DNA of 64,000 nucleotides, from contig NC_087263.1 of the NCBI RefSeq assembly GCF_037042905.1, positions 10,850,001 through 10,914,000 on the forward strand, read 5' to 3'. Within the stretch, counting starts at the first letter, position 1. Every line of letters begins with the position of its first letter. The notes beneath the pieces were generated by a model. That model did no database searches and was not told where the DNA came from. It was given only the letters and a program-made list of their open reading frames with translations. This document shows, in pieces, positions 49,563-61,998 of the stretch. Source of the stretch: Lytechinus pictus (lineage: Eukaryota). The position numbers and the translations under genes are program-made.

Positions 49563-49710
49563 CACTCTTTAAAATGTTAGGCAACATACTGTCCACACAA
49601 CAATTGGTTAAAACTATTACTACACAGTATTGGTTGAAAACAACCCGCAGTTGGATAAGTTTTCAACCAATTGTTGTGTGGACAGTATGTTGCCCAACAT
49701 TTTAAGAGTG
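49563..49710. mobile_element. CACTC-terminated CACTA-type MITE (TA TSD)
   Basis: CACTCTTTAAAATGTTAGGCAACATACTGTCCACACAACAATTGGTT with matching reverse complement at the right end; TA flanks. Confidence 0.85.
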
Positions 49711-50290
49711 TATACATTATGGTAGACTAATAAAGTAGGTAAAGGTTTACATCTGATTTTTATAATCATTAAATATTATTATATCGCAAATGAGTGAGGC
49801 GGCTGTTATATTTAAAAAAAATTGATCAAAGTATAATATATCCTCGCGGATCATCTCATTGTCAAAAAAAAAAATTGTGTGGTATTTTACTCAAACGTGC
49901 ATTCAATTTGCTATATCACTTCATGATATAGAATTTTGTTACATCAGAAATTATGAATGCGCTAGGCCTTACAATACTTTCGATTACGTATAGGGATATT
50001 AAAAATAACACTGGCTGAATCCAGGGTATGATATCTGTAATGTGGAAATTAAAAAAGAAATATCTTTGCATCCCATAAATGAATGTACTAGGCTCATTGC
50101 TTTCTATTGCGTCCAAGAATTCATGCTACAATATCTTACATGCGGAAATTAAAGAGGAAATGTTTGTGCAGATTTTCCTTCTTTTTTTAATCTCCCGTAG
50201 TCATAATGAATTCATTTGTCTGCATTTGTTGTTTGCCGAGCTAGAATGAAAAGCGTGAGTGTACAATTGTGGGCGCGGTCATAAATCTTA

Positions 50291-50553
50291 CCGCCCTTTC
50301 ACACGGTAATAAATATCGTAATTTGAACGATGATTCCAGCGAATATTTAGCACATAAGAGACACCACCAGAACATGATTAGAATCACGAACGATAATCAC
50401 AATCACGAATTCAAATTCTACTCCGGAGGTGAATTCCAGTTAAGTTTCACTTAAATCATCGTTTTCGAGCGATCATGTGAAAGTCCGATGATTCTAAAGG
50501 CGAATTGCAATCATCATTACAATGAAGATTTAAGATTCACGCGTGAAAAGGAC
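50291..50553 (+). mobile_element. Harbinger-type MITE (copy 1)
   Basis: GCCCTTTCACACG...CGCGTGAAAAGGAC; inverted homologue at 51427-51616. Confidence 0.65.
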
Positions 50554-50647
50554 ATCTACGGCTACCACAAATCTAGGACAGTTTCATTATTATAATATAT
50601 ATATATATTATGAGGAGGGGTCCAGGTATGAATATGATGATGCAGTA

Positions 50648-50896
50648 CACTGCAAAAAAAAACCTTCAGTGTTAATTTAACGCCAGTACGGAATCTATAT
50701 ATGACCACACCAGAGAAGTGTTGAAACAATACCGGTTTATAATTAAATCGATGGTGTTTTAAACACTAATTGGTGTTGTATAAACACCTATCTGGAATTA
50801 GTCTAAAACCAAACCGGTGTTGTTTTAGCACTTCTCTGGTGTGGTAATGTATAGATTCCGGACTGGTGTTAAAGTAGCACCGCAGTTTTTGCAGTG
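50648..50896. mobile_element. CACTA/EnSpm-type MITE (CACTG termini, TA TSD), copy 2
   Basis: Homologous over its full length to 27957-28189. Confidence 0.85.
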
Positions 50897-51426
50897 TATT
50901 AATTAAATCTGAAGAGAGCAGAACAAGCCACATATTTTCTTTTTGTATTTCTATTTATGCTGAGAGTAACACTGTCATGGTATTTTATGTCATGTATAAG
51001 GCTCATATTTGTTTGTATTTTGGGAGGAAAAATGAATGTATGGGAGGGGTCCAGCCCCGAGCACCCCCTCCCCCTTTCACATAGGTGATGTAGGTAACGA
51101 ACGGCAATGAGGGTTACATTTTGTTATCAGCTCGTCAAACTGCTGATGTTTTAATAGGAGCAGACTCGTAGGATATTCAGGTAATGAGGGACAAATTGGA
51201 AACAAATAGCCAGTCGATTAATAACTACTTTGCCGAGAGATTGAAAGTGACAGGACTGGTTTGCGCTGCATCCATGTCGGTGGGAAGCGACTTCAGACCA
51301 TGAATGAGCGATTGTCCTGGATATGAAATCAAAAACATGATGTGCGCTCTAGGCATAGTTGGATCAAGACAAAACAGATAACTTATCAGTACTTTCCATG
51401 CAGATGAGGGCTGGAAAGAACACAGA

Positions 51427-51616
51427 GGACCTTTTCACGCGTGAATCTTGAATCATCATTGTAATGATGATTCATATTGTAATCTTGACTGTGATTAGCG
51501 TTCGTGATTCTAATCATGTTCTATATTGGTTTCACACGTGCTAAATATTCGTCATTAGCTTATTTTCAATGGAATCATCATTCAAATTACGATTTTTTTT
51601 ACCGTGTGAAAGGCGG
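51427..51616 (-). mobile_element. Harbinger-type MITE (copy 2, internally deleted)
   Basis: Reverse complement of both ends of 50291-50553. Confidence 0.65.
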
Positions 51617-51769
51617 ATAGTCACACAGATAATGGATTATGTGAATGGTATTTTCACATAGAAAATGCTCAGGTTTAACAGTGTGGCGGTGATTTCACAT
51701 TATGTTCCACACTGTGGCACACACTGGGACACTTTGTTCTTTCTAGTAGATGGTCTCGCAAAGTGCTAT

Positions 51770-51897
51770 CCTTCTGTAACTCTGTTACCATGGAAACAGG
51801 GTTCTCCAGCCAATCACAATCAAATATACCATGGTAATTGCCATGTCAACGTTACAATACCCCAGTAGTTGTGACTCTTAATGAAATGGGGCCCCGG
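51770..51897 (-). mobile_element. Partial GGGCCC-terminated Harbinger-type MITE
   Basis: Ends ATGAAATGGGGCCCC. CAGCCAATCACAATCAA and ACCATGG motifs are shared with 59920-60050 in inverted orientation. Confidence 0.5.
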
Positions 51898-52996
51898 CTG
51901 ACAAGAATATAGTATTTCACTTAGAACGTTTGGTTGTAAAACAAATGCAGGAGTATTTGCAGTACTTAGATAATACATTAAAAAAGGGTTTATTCTTGTT
52001 ATACATATTTCGCTCTATACTTAACATGCTACATTGGAGAAATCGGCTTTTATAAACTTCGAAACCATTTACATACTTTAAAACACAAAGGGGAAACGTA
52101 ACACTGAATAACATTTAATAATTGTATCATTACCCCTTTATTTGGTATGCGTTAAACGTGTTTTATTGACATAAGAGTCCATAGCACTTATGGCCACCGC
52201 ATACCGCCCGAATTCAGAATAAGTTCTAAATCATCGTACGAATAATTATTTTAAATGTCGTACAATGCTACCATCCTTATTAAAATAAAAGCAAATTGAA
52301 TTCCTATTCGTAATTACAATGGGTGGCTGAGCAGAGGATTATCCTCATGGGGGGGGGGGGCATCTATTGTTGCCCCCCTCCCAAACAAAAATATTATTTT
52401 CTGTTCCGCCACCCATGGTAATGGCGTCTAGCAATTGCACGATTAGCTGCGATTTGAAATAAATTTGGCGTTTTCTCCAAAATTAAAATATCAAATCATC
52501 CAACATTGCTATATATATATCAATATTCTCATATCACATTTGAACTTCAAATCAAAACAATAACGTTATTATTATTATTGTTATCATTATTATTATTGGA
52601 AAATGAGCAAAATGCGATTTGTTCCAAAATCGCATCATGGATCACTCGTAGGCCGAAGCCTCCAGAGATGTCAAAGTGTGTATGACTTGGTACTTACGTG
52701 ATGGTATGCTTTTATATCATAAGAGGAATTAACATACATTGTTGATATGTTCAAGACTTATATTTAAACATGTTGTATAAATTGTATTGTTTTAAACTTT
52801 TACCGAAAATGATTTCAAAAGTGTATATGAAATTTTAAACATTATTCATGAAATACATTGTGGGCCGTATTAAAATTCATGTCGTGCATATGGGCGATGA
52901 AGATTTATCTGCTGTGAAAATTGGGAATGAAACGGGAGCTGAAGAAGTTATGGTTTTTCTTAATCCAATCAACTTGCGTGGGGGATGTTGAGTAGG

Positions 52997-53200
52997 CATT
53001 GGCGGCGGAAGCCAAAAACTCAGGGGGGGGTCCACCTGAAATTTAGTGATGGACACAAATAAAAAAATTGACAAGCAAAAAAAAAAAAAAAAAAAAAAAA
53101 GGTCATCAACTAAAAGTTTAGGGGGGGGACCGTCCCCCCACCTCAAATTTAGGGGGGGTCTGTCCCCCCCCGTCCCCCCCCCCCACTTCCGCCGCCTATG
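52997..53200. mobile_element. hAT-type MITE with 8-bp TSD
   Basis: TIRs CATTGGCGGCGGAAG / CTTCCGCCGCCTATG (14/15); TGAGTAGG duplicated at 52989-52996 and 53201-53208. Confidence 0.9.
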
Positions 53201-54219
53201 TGAGTAGGAATAGTCGTGCTATAAGTCGCGTATCATTTATTCCGGTGAAGTGCACAAGTCAATGTAATCGAGTTCCAGTGACTGACACGAATCCAAGAAT
53301 ATCTAAAAGTTATTGATCATAGTCTATTTTAGGTTATGCCAATCAAAATTCTCTATAAAACGTCAAAAAGAAATGACAGTGCTCTAGAAAGCTATCATGT
53401 AGACGATTCAACAAATTGCAGAAAGGTAGTCAAATTAAACGTTGATAATATCCTTGGTATAAGTGCTCTTATAACCTGATTAAAGGCATACAATATTATA
53501 TTATCACTTACGTGTGGAGGGAGAATTGTATTTTTGTCAAGATAATAAAGTCAAGATATATTTCAAATACCTTTAAAGACAACGACGTCAGAAATCTAGT
53601 AGTATAAAAGTGGTGTTTCAAAGGTCTCAAACTGAAATGTATATAATGAGCAATTGAAAGGTTTGAGGAGTGGCACCCTTTTCCAAGTGATACAATTAGC
53701 ACTTAATTAAAATAATGTTCGACCCACACTTAAATAGTCCTCCGACCTTGTAATTGCTGATTTAACATTTCATTTTTAATGTAAATGTCGATAGGCCTAA
53801 CGGATATTCTTCTATTCGAATTTTACAATTTGTCGTTTTATTTAATCTATAAGTGGGAGACTTAAATCACGAAAGAGACAGATACGAAAAAATGGTAAAA
53901 TATGAGAAAGCAAAGCCCTAACGGTATTTTTACACCAAGGACCAGACTCTAAGTTATAAGACAATAAGAACGGTTTTAATTTGGATCAGTGCAAGGGGGT
54001 GCATTTAATTGATTTAAGCAGTTATAAAACTTAGGCATATGGAGTTAGTACAGATAAACACTGGATGAACTCATTATTCATATTATACTTTGTAACCTTC
54101 CAAATCAGACTTGGCTACAAGCTTCCTTATAAAGGATAAATATGGAGCTCCGCAGCGCGAAATAGAACGCTGTCAATAATATTGAGAATACATTGTCAAA
54201 TGCCCTCCATGGCGGTGAG

Positions 54220-54422
54220 CAACCAAGAAGTCTTTGTCGAAACTTGGTGAATCAAAGCAACAGTTTCCTCCTGGAGTGTGGACAAACGACGTATTTGTTA
54301 TTTCTCGTCAGCTCCGAAACGAACTGATGTTCCGGTTCACCAATTTTCGACAAAGATCTCCTAGCTGTTCTTTGTCATTTGACGGACATTTCAAACACAT
54401 TTACTGTGTTCTTGAATTCGTT
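54220..54422 (-). repeat. Dispersed ~230-bp repeat (copy 3)
   Basis: Reverse complement of 48237-48452. Confidence 0.7.
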
Positions 54423-54488
54423 CTACATCGCGGTGCGAAACTCCTTATTGTACAGTCGAAACGCAAGCTCGACCATGATGGCAAACTC

Positions 54489-54700
54489 TTCCATGACATT
54501 TGCTCCGGCGACAATTGCTCCGCTGTGAATTCCACGCACTATTGGAATCGCCAACTTCAACCCTGGATTAGACACTATAGCCTTTCCTGACCCTTACCGT
54601 AAAGCTAACATAAAACCCTTTTGCAAAAATAACCCTAACCCTATATCTTAGACGAAATAAAGTCCGGAGGAATTGTCGCAGGAGCAAAGGTCGTGTCACC
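54489..54700 (-). mobile_element. Element with subterminal IRs and TTAGGG-like core (copy 2)
   Basis: GACATTTGCTCCGGCGACAATTGCTCC...AACCCTAACCCTA...GGAGGAATTGTCGCAGGAGCAAAGGTC; reverse homologue of 4109-4300. Confidence 0.7.
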
Positions 54701-54826
54701 TGGCGAACATGACGTCTCATATCGTTTGAACATGAAGCTAACATAGCTGCATGATTTGAGGAGTCAGACTGTGGAACAAATTTAGCATTTGGACGAGTAT
54801 TCCTGTACGAACAAGTATTTCAATAA

Positions 54827-54941
54827 CGCCCAAGTCACACAATTGAAACCTATTCCAAACCGACCGAGGGTAAATCATTGGAACGATCTACTTGCTTTGG
54901 TCGGTCTGGAGACGGTTGAATTGCTGATGTGACTGGGGCGT
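54827..54941. mobile_element. Small Harbinger-like MITE
   Basis: ACGCCCAAGTCACA / TGTGACTGGGGCGT termini. Confidence 0.55.
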
Positions 54942-55378
54942 GAGTTCGTCGCGATGATTCGCGCAATAAATCAATCGTTGAAGTGTTCCTGAATTCATTT
55001 AAATCTTTTGGATCCAATGTACCGTACTCAAAAGGGCAGGGATACGCTATTCATCATGTCAACGGATTTCTGTCGAGTGAGGAGATAGAGAGAGGGAGTG
55101 ATGGGAAGAAGTAGACAGGGGGCAGAGAGGGATGGAGGGAGAAAGCGCGCGCGCTTGAGAAAGAGAGAGAGGGGGGGGGGGGGGGCAAAATGAAACACAG
55201 AGAAAATTATAAAGAAAGAGATATTCAGTAACCTCCTCCATGTGATTACCATAGCATTCGAGTATGAGAAAAAAAAATCGATTTGCTCAATAGCGGTTCT
55301 TCAAGGCGGCTGCGGACTACTGCAACAAAAACTCTTCCCGTTTCTCTTCTAACAAGACAAATTGTGGCAATTGCTTAA

Positions 55379-55963
55379 AGGGCAAGTCCACCCCAACAAG
55401 AAGTTGATTTGAATAAAAAGAGAAAAATCCAACAAGCATAACACTGAAAATGTTATCAAAATCGGATGTAAAATAAGGAAGTTATGACAGTTTAAAGTTT
55501 CGCTTAATTTCACAAAACAGTTATACTCACATCCTGGCTGGTATGCAAATGAGGAGACTATGACTTCATCCACTCACTATTTCTTTGGTATTTTATTATA
55601 TGGAATATTCTAATTTTCTCCTCATTGTCAAGTGATACAACAATTAATTCCTTCCTGAACATGTGGAATTAGCATTGTTTAATAATATATGGTTCAGTCA
55701 AGTTGGTCCTTATTGTCAAATCTATAAAAAACTGAAATATTGTATGATTCAAACAATAAAAAACAAAAGAAATAGTGAGTGATGGACATCATCGACTAAC
55801 TCAACTAGTTGTGCATATCACTGTTTTGTGAAAAATAAGCGAAACTTTAAAATGTCATAACTTTCTTATTTTACATCCGATTTTGATGATATTTTCAGCA
55901 CTATGCTAGTTTGATCTTTCTCTATTTATTCAAGTTAGCATTTTCCTGGGGTGGACTTGACCT
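55379..55963. mobile_element. Kolobok-type non-autonomous transposon with TTAA TSD
   Basis: TTAA|AGGGCAAGTCCACCCCA ... TGGGGTGGACTTGACCT|TTAA with ~140-bp imperfect TIRs. Confidence 0.85.
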
Positions 55964-56554
55964 TTAATTGTGAATACCAACCATCACTGCACAATGTCAG
56001 GTCTTAAAACAAAATTTGTCATCATTCATAATGCATTCCTCTTCTTTTGTCAAGATTCAAAGAGTAGGGCTAATAAAAACTATACCTTAACGAAAAATGA
56101 AACCATTGCAAACAGTTGATTTGTTGGAGAAAAAAACAATAAAATCAAGGAAAAGACCAACGGAAGTGTGATAAAAAGAATACTTTCATGATTAAGGAAG
56201 TGATGGGCATTTGAACGTTGGTGTCTCTATTGTTACAAAGATCCTCTAAATCGAAATTCGGAAATTCGACCAATATGAGTGATGTCACAGATCAACATTG
56301 CAATTACTTTCATTCATATTTCACTATTTTTATGTATTTGGTTTGTTTTTAGTCTATGTGAGGTCACGTAATACCAGATTTGCAAAATACACAAAGGACG
56401 AAGAGAACGTAATATCATTGCTATTTAGGGCGAATATTTAATGTGCGACATCATACATCTTGGCCCAATTGGTTGGAGGGCCGCCCTTCCTCTCCAACAA
56501 AACATATTGACACCGCCATTACTTGCACGCGCGCGCAAACCTTAGATTGATGTG

Positions 56555-57131
56555 TTAAAAGAAAATGAAACTTGAAACCAGTTGAATTCATATATAAAAG
56601 AGAATAATCAAAGAAATAGATAAGTGAAAGTTTGAAAAAGATTGATTGAATGTTGAAAAAATTAAAGATATTTGAACGTTGAGGTCCCGAACACTATATG
56701 TATATCCTATTGGCAAAGCGACCAATATGCCATTTTTATTTAAATTTATGCTTCACTTAAATTTTCTTTTTTATCTAGTCAATCCCAAGATAAGATTCGT
56801 TTTCACGAGGGGGCGTGTAACAGAAGTTTCACAATATTACATCATGGGTGGATTGATTGTGATGACATTAGAATGGGCAAAACAGATGTTTTGTGATATA
56901 TTTTCAATGCACAAAGGGAAAGTTTGTGCATGTGATGATGTGAGACAAATCATGTCCCCATTGCCAACAGGAGGATAACCATTGCATTTGCGACCAAGAC
57001 ATTCAAATGCTCATGAACTTCTTATCTCTTGTCCAATTTTACTCAATTTTTTTTCATCTAATTTCGTGATTTATTTTTGTTTTTTGCTTTCACACAAGCT
57101 AACTTGCTCCTAGGATTTCATTCACATTTAA
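56555..57131. mobile_element. Degraded TTAA-flanked Kolobok-type element
   Basis: TTAAAAGAAAATGAAAC...GATTTCATTCACATTTAA, with eroded long TIRs. Confidence 0.45.
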
Positions 57132-57947
57132 ACAGATAAATAACACGATACACGTGCACCCCTATTCCACTCGATCCCCCGTTCACGTTATTTGTTTTAG
57201 CTAATGAATCTGGACCCAAGTACAATAATTTCTTAACGATTAATTCATATTTTCTGCTATGACACTGTAAAGAAGGTTTCAGACAATCCATATTTTTCTG
57301 ATATAATGTTTGTGTCACTCTTCAATGCAAAACTATGAAGTAAAATTCACGTATTTTCTGTGTCTATGAAAGTGATCGCAAATTGAACATATATTCTACA
57401 CGATGAAGGCATACTTTTTTATATATTGTGACGAAGTTCCCGGACATTTTACATAGTTTAAAATGTTATAGAACCACTCTACAATGCAATACAATGAAGT
57501 ATTTTCTGTGTCCATGAAAGTGATCTCATACGTATCTGTATACCCCCACTTCGCTACCGCCAGCTATTAATGTTATAAATCAGAAAATCGCAGAAGCAAT
57601 ATCAATTCTTTATACAGTATAAAGTCTATGAAAAATCGATATGGGTCAAGGTCTAAATATTGCAATTTTGTGACAACACTTTCGCAATAACAAGTCGTAA
57701 AGAATGGTAAGTTGCAAAAGATAATTGGGAAATGTCAAATCGAATTTTTCTATCACACCTAAAAGCCTATGATATTTAGACCACCACGTTATGTGTCCAT
57801 TGACCTTTGTTGACCTATATTAAATCGGTAGATAACGATTGACCAGTTGTAAATATTATTTCGATATACATGTAGGTGACGTAATTATAACATATTTGTG
57901 ACATCCATATACGTACGTACACGAACTCCATGCCATCCACGCACCAA

Positions 57948-58567
57948 CACTCTAAAAATTGAATGTTAAAACAACAGTTGAAAGGTTGAAGAAGTGGCAG
58001 CCGTTTCTAAATGTTGCATTTATCATTTAAAATGGTTCGACCCAACAGTTAAAGTGATTGGTTAACATTGGTTTGACTTTTAAAAATCTGAGCTAGAAGG
58101 TCACACTTGTCACCTGTGTCTGTGATATGTTACAAAAATGAAGCCCAGAAAAAATTGCGTTCGAAAATAATTATTTAGTGCTTCAAAAATTGAAATATAA
58201 AGTGACCGAAAACACCATCTTAATTTCATCCCATACACTTATGTGTACTATTTAGGCGACTATAAGACGCATATTTACAAAATCGGGGTTTGCCTTTTAG
58301 TTTTAGCTTTTCATTCTCAATAATGGTTGTTTTCAGGGTTTATTAGTTCTAATACATGCACTTGTACACATGTTTCATCTTGGTTTGATAATTTTTTAAA
58401 TCGGCTGCTCACAAAGTTAAACAATACCTTTAACATGTTGGATTCAGCTGTATACAATGGTGGATATAACATTTGAAGAAAGAAAAGTTGTCACTCCTAC
58501 AACCCTTCTTGAAAATGAAATGTTAAACATTTAAAATTGTTGATTTAACATTTCATTTGTTAGAGTA
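57948..58567. mobile_element. CACTC-type MITE carrying a nested TTAA-flanked insertion (58053-58429)
   Basis: Host CACTCTAAAAATTGAATGTTAAA / TTTAACATTTCATTTGTTAGAGT. The insert has imperfect TIRs AGTGATTGGTTAACATTG / CAAAGTTAAACAATACCT between TTAA at 58049-58052 and 58430-58433. Confidence 0.7.
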
Positions 58568-59919
58568 AACAACAGTAAGAACAGAGGACGCATTTTCGAT
58601 GGCAAATAATGAAGGAGTAAGCTAATGGAGGCAAATCACAGATGTTTCTTAGTATAACTAAGTATATAAAGCAAACTTCAATATCTGGAGTCTAGTTTGC
58701 ATACATAAACAAACATGCATACCTAGTTGTTGTGCCCATGGCCTAACTAGCCTCTCGAACGTTTTCACTCCATGTCCGCACTCACGGACCCAAGAGGTAA
58801 ATAAATTTGCGATTTTTTTTTTTGAGATTACTTATAAGGAGAGAGAGAGGGGGGGGGGGGCGGAGTAGCGACCAAGCTCCTGGTGCCAAATTTGAAATTG
58901 AAGAATGTGGTGAACAATTTCAGATGAACATTGTAAAATTAGCAACAAAACTGAGATTTTAAGGATTTTGAAGAATTTAACATTCACTCTTAGCCTCTCT
59001 GAAGTGTTTCTGCGAGTAAATTCAAGCGATTTTATTCAAGTTGCATCACTGCCATTCTGGATTAGTATCCAACCCGACTCATGGAAAGATGATACATTTG
59101 GACAATTAAAGCAATTTTGAAAACATGTATGACTAATGATAATGGATTTGTAGCATTTCCGTCATATTTTCTTGATCGTTTCTTCCTTTTCCCCTGATAT
59201 GCATTGAAGCCTTTTTTCGAATGAATGATGGCAATATGATAACGGTTCTATTATTGTACTCTTTTTGTCACCATTCCTATGTTAGCATAACAAAAAATAC
59301 CTGTAACATATCCTTCATTTTAAGGTCCCGCCCCAGCGTTCCCAGTCCGTTGAATGAAAATGTATAACTTGGATATGATTCAATTACGCTGGCAACTATG
59401 GGAGAACAGACTATCTACGTTCCTTACTCGAGAGAATATCATTTGTTATCAGTATTATCATATGCAGGATATTCGAAGCTCCCTATATGTAAGCAAATAT
59501 CCAGTAGACATATATAAGTTGTATTAAAAAAACTGCTAAATTTAAGAGAGGAAATCGATTCATGAAAATGCGCCTATTATTCCAATTCACTTAGGAATAC
59601 CAGCGCATATTATTTTCAGGGTTTTGTTTCTCGGTTTTCAAGAATAAGGGTGTTAGTATTGTATTAGCAACAAAACGAGCGTTGGTACATTTATGACTCT
59701 GTTTGCACATAAAACGAAAAGTGTAAACGTGTACAGATATGCAACATCCTGTCACCCCTTCAAGGAGACGTCCGCCCCAACAACAAAAAAATGAATAAAA
59801 AGAGAAAAATCGAAAAAATATAACCTTGAAAAGGTCATCAAAATCGGCTACAAAATGGGAAAGTTGTATCATTCTAAGATTTTGATTTATTAAAAACAAG
59901 TAATTATATGCACATCCTG

Positions 59920-60050
59920 GGCCCCGTTGCATAAACGTTTCCATTGTGGTTACTTTAATTGCCTTTTTATGGCAACTTGCATCAATCCTTGATTCTGATT
60001 GGCTGTTACCATGGTAATTACCATTGATGCGCAAAGTTGCAATATATGGG
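59920..60050 (+). mobile_element. Partial GGCCCC-terminated Harbinger-type MITE
   Basis: CTG|GGCCCCGTTGCATAAA terminus, as in 3919-4042. Confidence 0.55.
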
Positions 60051-60412
60051 CACTGGTCAGTATGCAAACGAATGGGACGATGACGTCATCCACTCACTAT
60101 TTCTTTGTGTATTTTATTCCATGAAATAAGTTTTTTTTTCTCATTGTCCTATGAAACAAAACTTCATGGCTTCTGCCTAAAAACATGTATAAATACAATT
60201 ACCAAAAAACATTTTGTTTCAATAAGAGGGTCCTTGTTTTAATATCTGTAAACATTTAAATGCAATTCTATAATTCAAGAAAATACCTAAAAAGAAAGGA
60301 GACCCAAACTCTGTTGGTTCGATGGTACGCCAGTATAGTATTTTTTGGTCGTATTGTATATATCGTATAATACGATGTTACATTTACCATGATGTCATTT
60401 TTTATTAAAAGT

Positions 60413-60615
60413 CGTAGCAGAAGTAGTAGTAGTAGTTTTCGTAGCAGATGTATCAGTAGTAGAAGTAGCAGTAGTCTGGTAGTAGTAGTAGTAGTAATAT
60501 TATTATTATTATCATTATTATTATTAGAGGTAGTAGTAGTAGGAGTATAGTAAAAAATAGGAGTAGTAGTAGTAGTTGTTGTAGTAATAATAGTAGTAGA
60601 AGTAGAAGCAGTAGC

Positions 60616-60656
<41 letters not shown>

Positions 60657-60676
60657 AATAGTAGTATAGTAGTAGT
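60413..60676. repeat. (TAG)n/(TAT)n microsatellite
   Basis: Direct reading. Confidence 0.9.
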
Positions 60677-61750
60677 TAAAGAAGACGGAAACAAAAAACA
60701 CGAAGGTAGAATTAAAACATAAATCAGTACAATAACTGCAACAAGGAGGGGAAAATAGTATTTAAAAAAATGTGGAACTAAAACAAGAGCTAACAGAAGA
60801 AAAAGAAGGAGACAAGAAATCGAAAAAAATTGGAAAGGAAAGATATAAAATAAGAAAGAAAAGAAGAAGACTAATAATTATGACTAGAAGTCCAATTAGA
60901 CAAAGAGGCTGTTGTGATAATAGCTTATGATAAAAATTGATATTATTCATTACTTAGTTCTATCAAGCTTCTACATTTATATTATTAAAACATTATAACA
61001 CTCCTTTGCAAAATTCTAGGCATATTCTCGTGTCTCGTTTAACTTCATTATAACATTTAATTCCATTAATAGATAAACCACTGGTGTATCATTTAAACAT
61101 GACCCTTGTCTCATTAAAATGCACTTAAAAGATCGAAGTCAAGCCATAGTTTACACGTGACGCATGGATCGAACTAATCACCAACAAATTAAATGTCAAA
61201 CTTAACGCACGCATGCTGCGAATAGGACGTCATTCTCATAATGTTGCAATTGATAATCAATCGCTCCGCGGGGGTCGTGGTAAATAGAATCCCGCAATGC
61301 TAAATGGTGATTGGCTTGTTATGTAACGCGCCCTCATCGATATGATAAGAACCGGGAAGGTCAACTCCCATGACAGCGATTTCGGGAGTGCAGAAAATAG
61401 TAATATCGATTAACTGACGCGATGAATTATTTATACCATGCTATATACGAATCATAATATACATTTATACATGGTGAACTGCGATTACTGAAAACGAAAT
61501 GATGTTCTAGTACTTTACTGTAGCAACAGAAATGAGTTTTCACAACTACTACGAAACGCTTTTTGGAACGTAGATAATATGTTGTCAACAGATCCTGTTT
61601 CTGTTCATGGTATCTCCCGTAGGAACTCAACGGGACAGCGTTTTGCTGGTAAACGCCAAGCTGGTATATAAAACCATAGTAGGTCCATGATAAAACCGAT
61701 TACCTCGGAAACATTTTACGTCTAGGTTAATCAGTCATAGTGGCTGAATT

Positions 61751-61995
61751 TTGTACGACTTGATGCGAGAGGTGGCACAACTAAGTAGTCGCATTTAATC
61801 GACTGGAGGTCGTACGACACTTACACATGTGCTAGCGACCTATAGAGACCAGCCTTGCGACTGGGTGCGAAAATATATAGGCCATAATACTGTTGTAAGA
61901 CCGATCGCAACACGGCTTACAACATTGCACTACCGTTGCATTCGCATGTATGCGACCTTTCCTCGGTGTTATACAAAATAGGCGTTAAGAATAAA
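61751..61995 (+). repeat. Diverged copy of an internal segment (62255-62504) of the adjacent Harbinger element
   Basis: TTGTACGACTTG...GAGAGGTGGCACAACTAAG...TTCCTCGGTGT is present in both. Confidence 0.85.
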
Positions 61996-61998
61996 TTA

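Noticed and set aside
51037-51048. TGT ATG GGA (C-M-G) as the mature SS1 peptide
   Set aside because: It continues G-V rather than the expected R-F-G-P, lacks a basic cleavage site, and lies in a G/C-run repeat remnant.
48237-54590. Two similar ORFs (SKIGESKQHF / SKLGESKQQF) suggesting a small gene family
   Set aside because: The similarity comes from the shared dispersed repeat. Frames are not preserved across the three copies.
59591-60067. 158-aa minus-strand ORF
   Set aside because: It spans MITE fragments and low-complexity sequence, with no recognisable domain or splice support.
60453-60701. Poly-Leu ORF
   Set aside because: Translation of a (TAG)n microsatellite.
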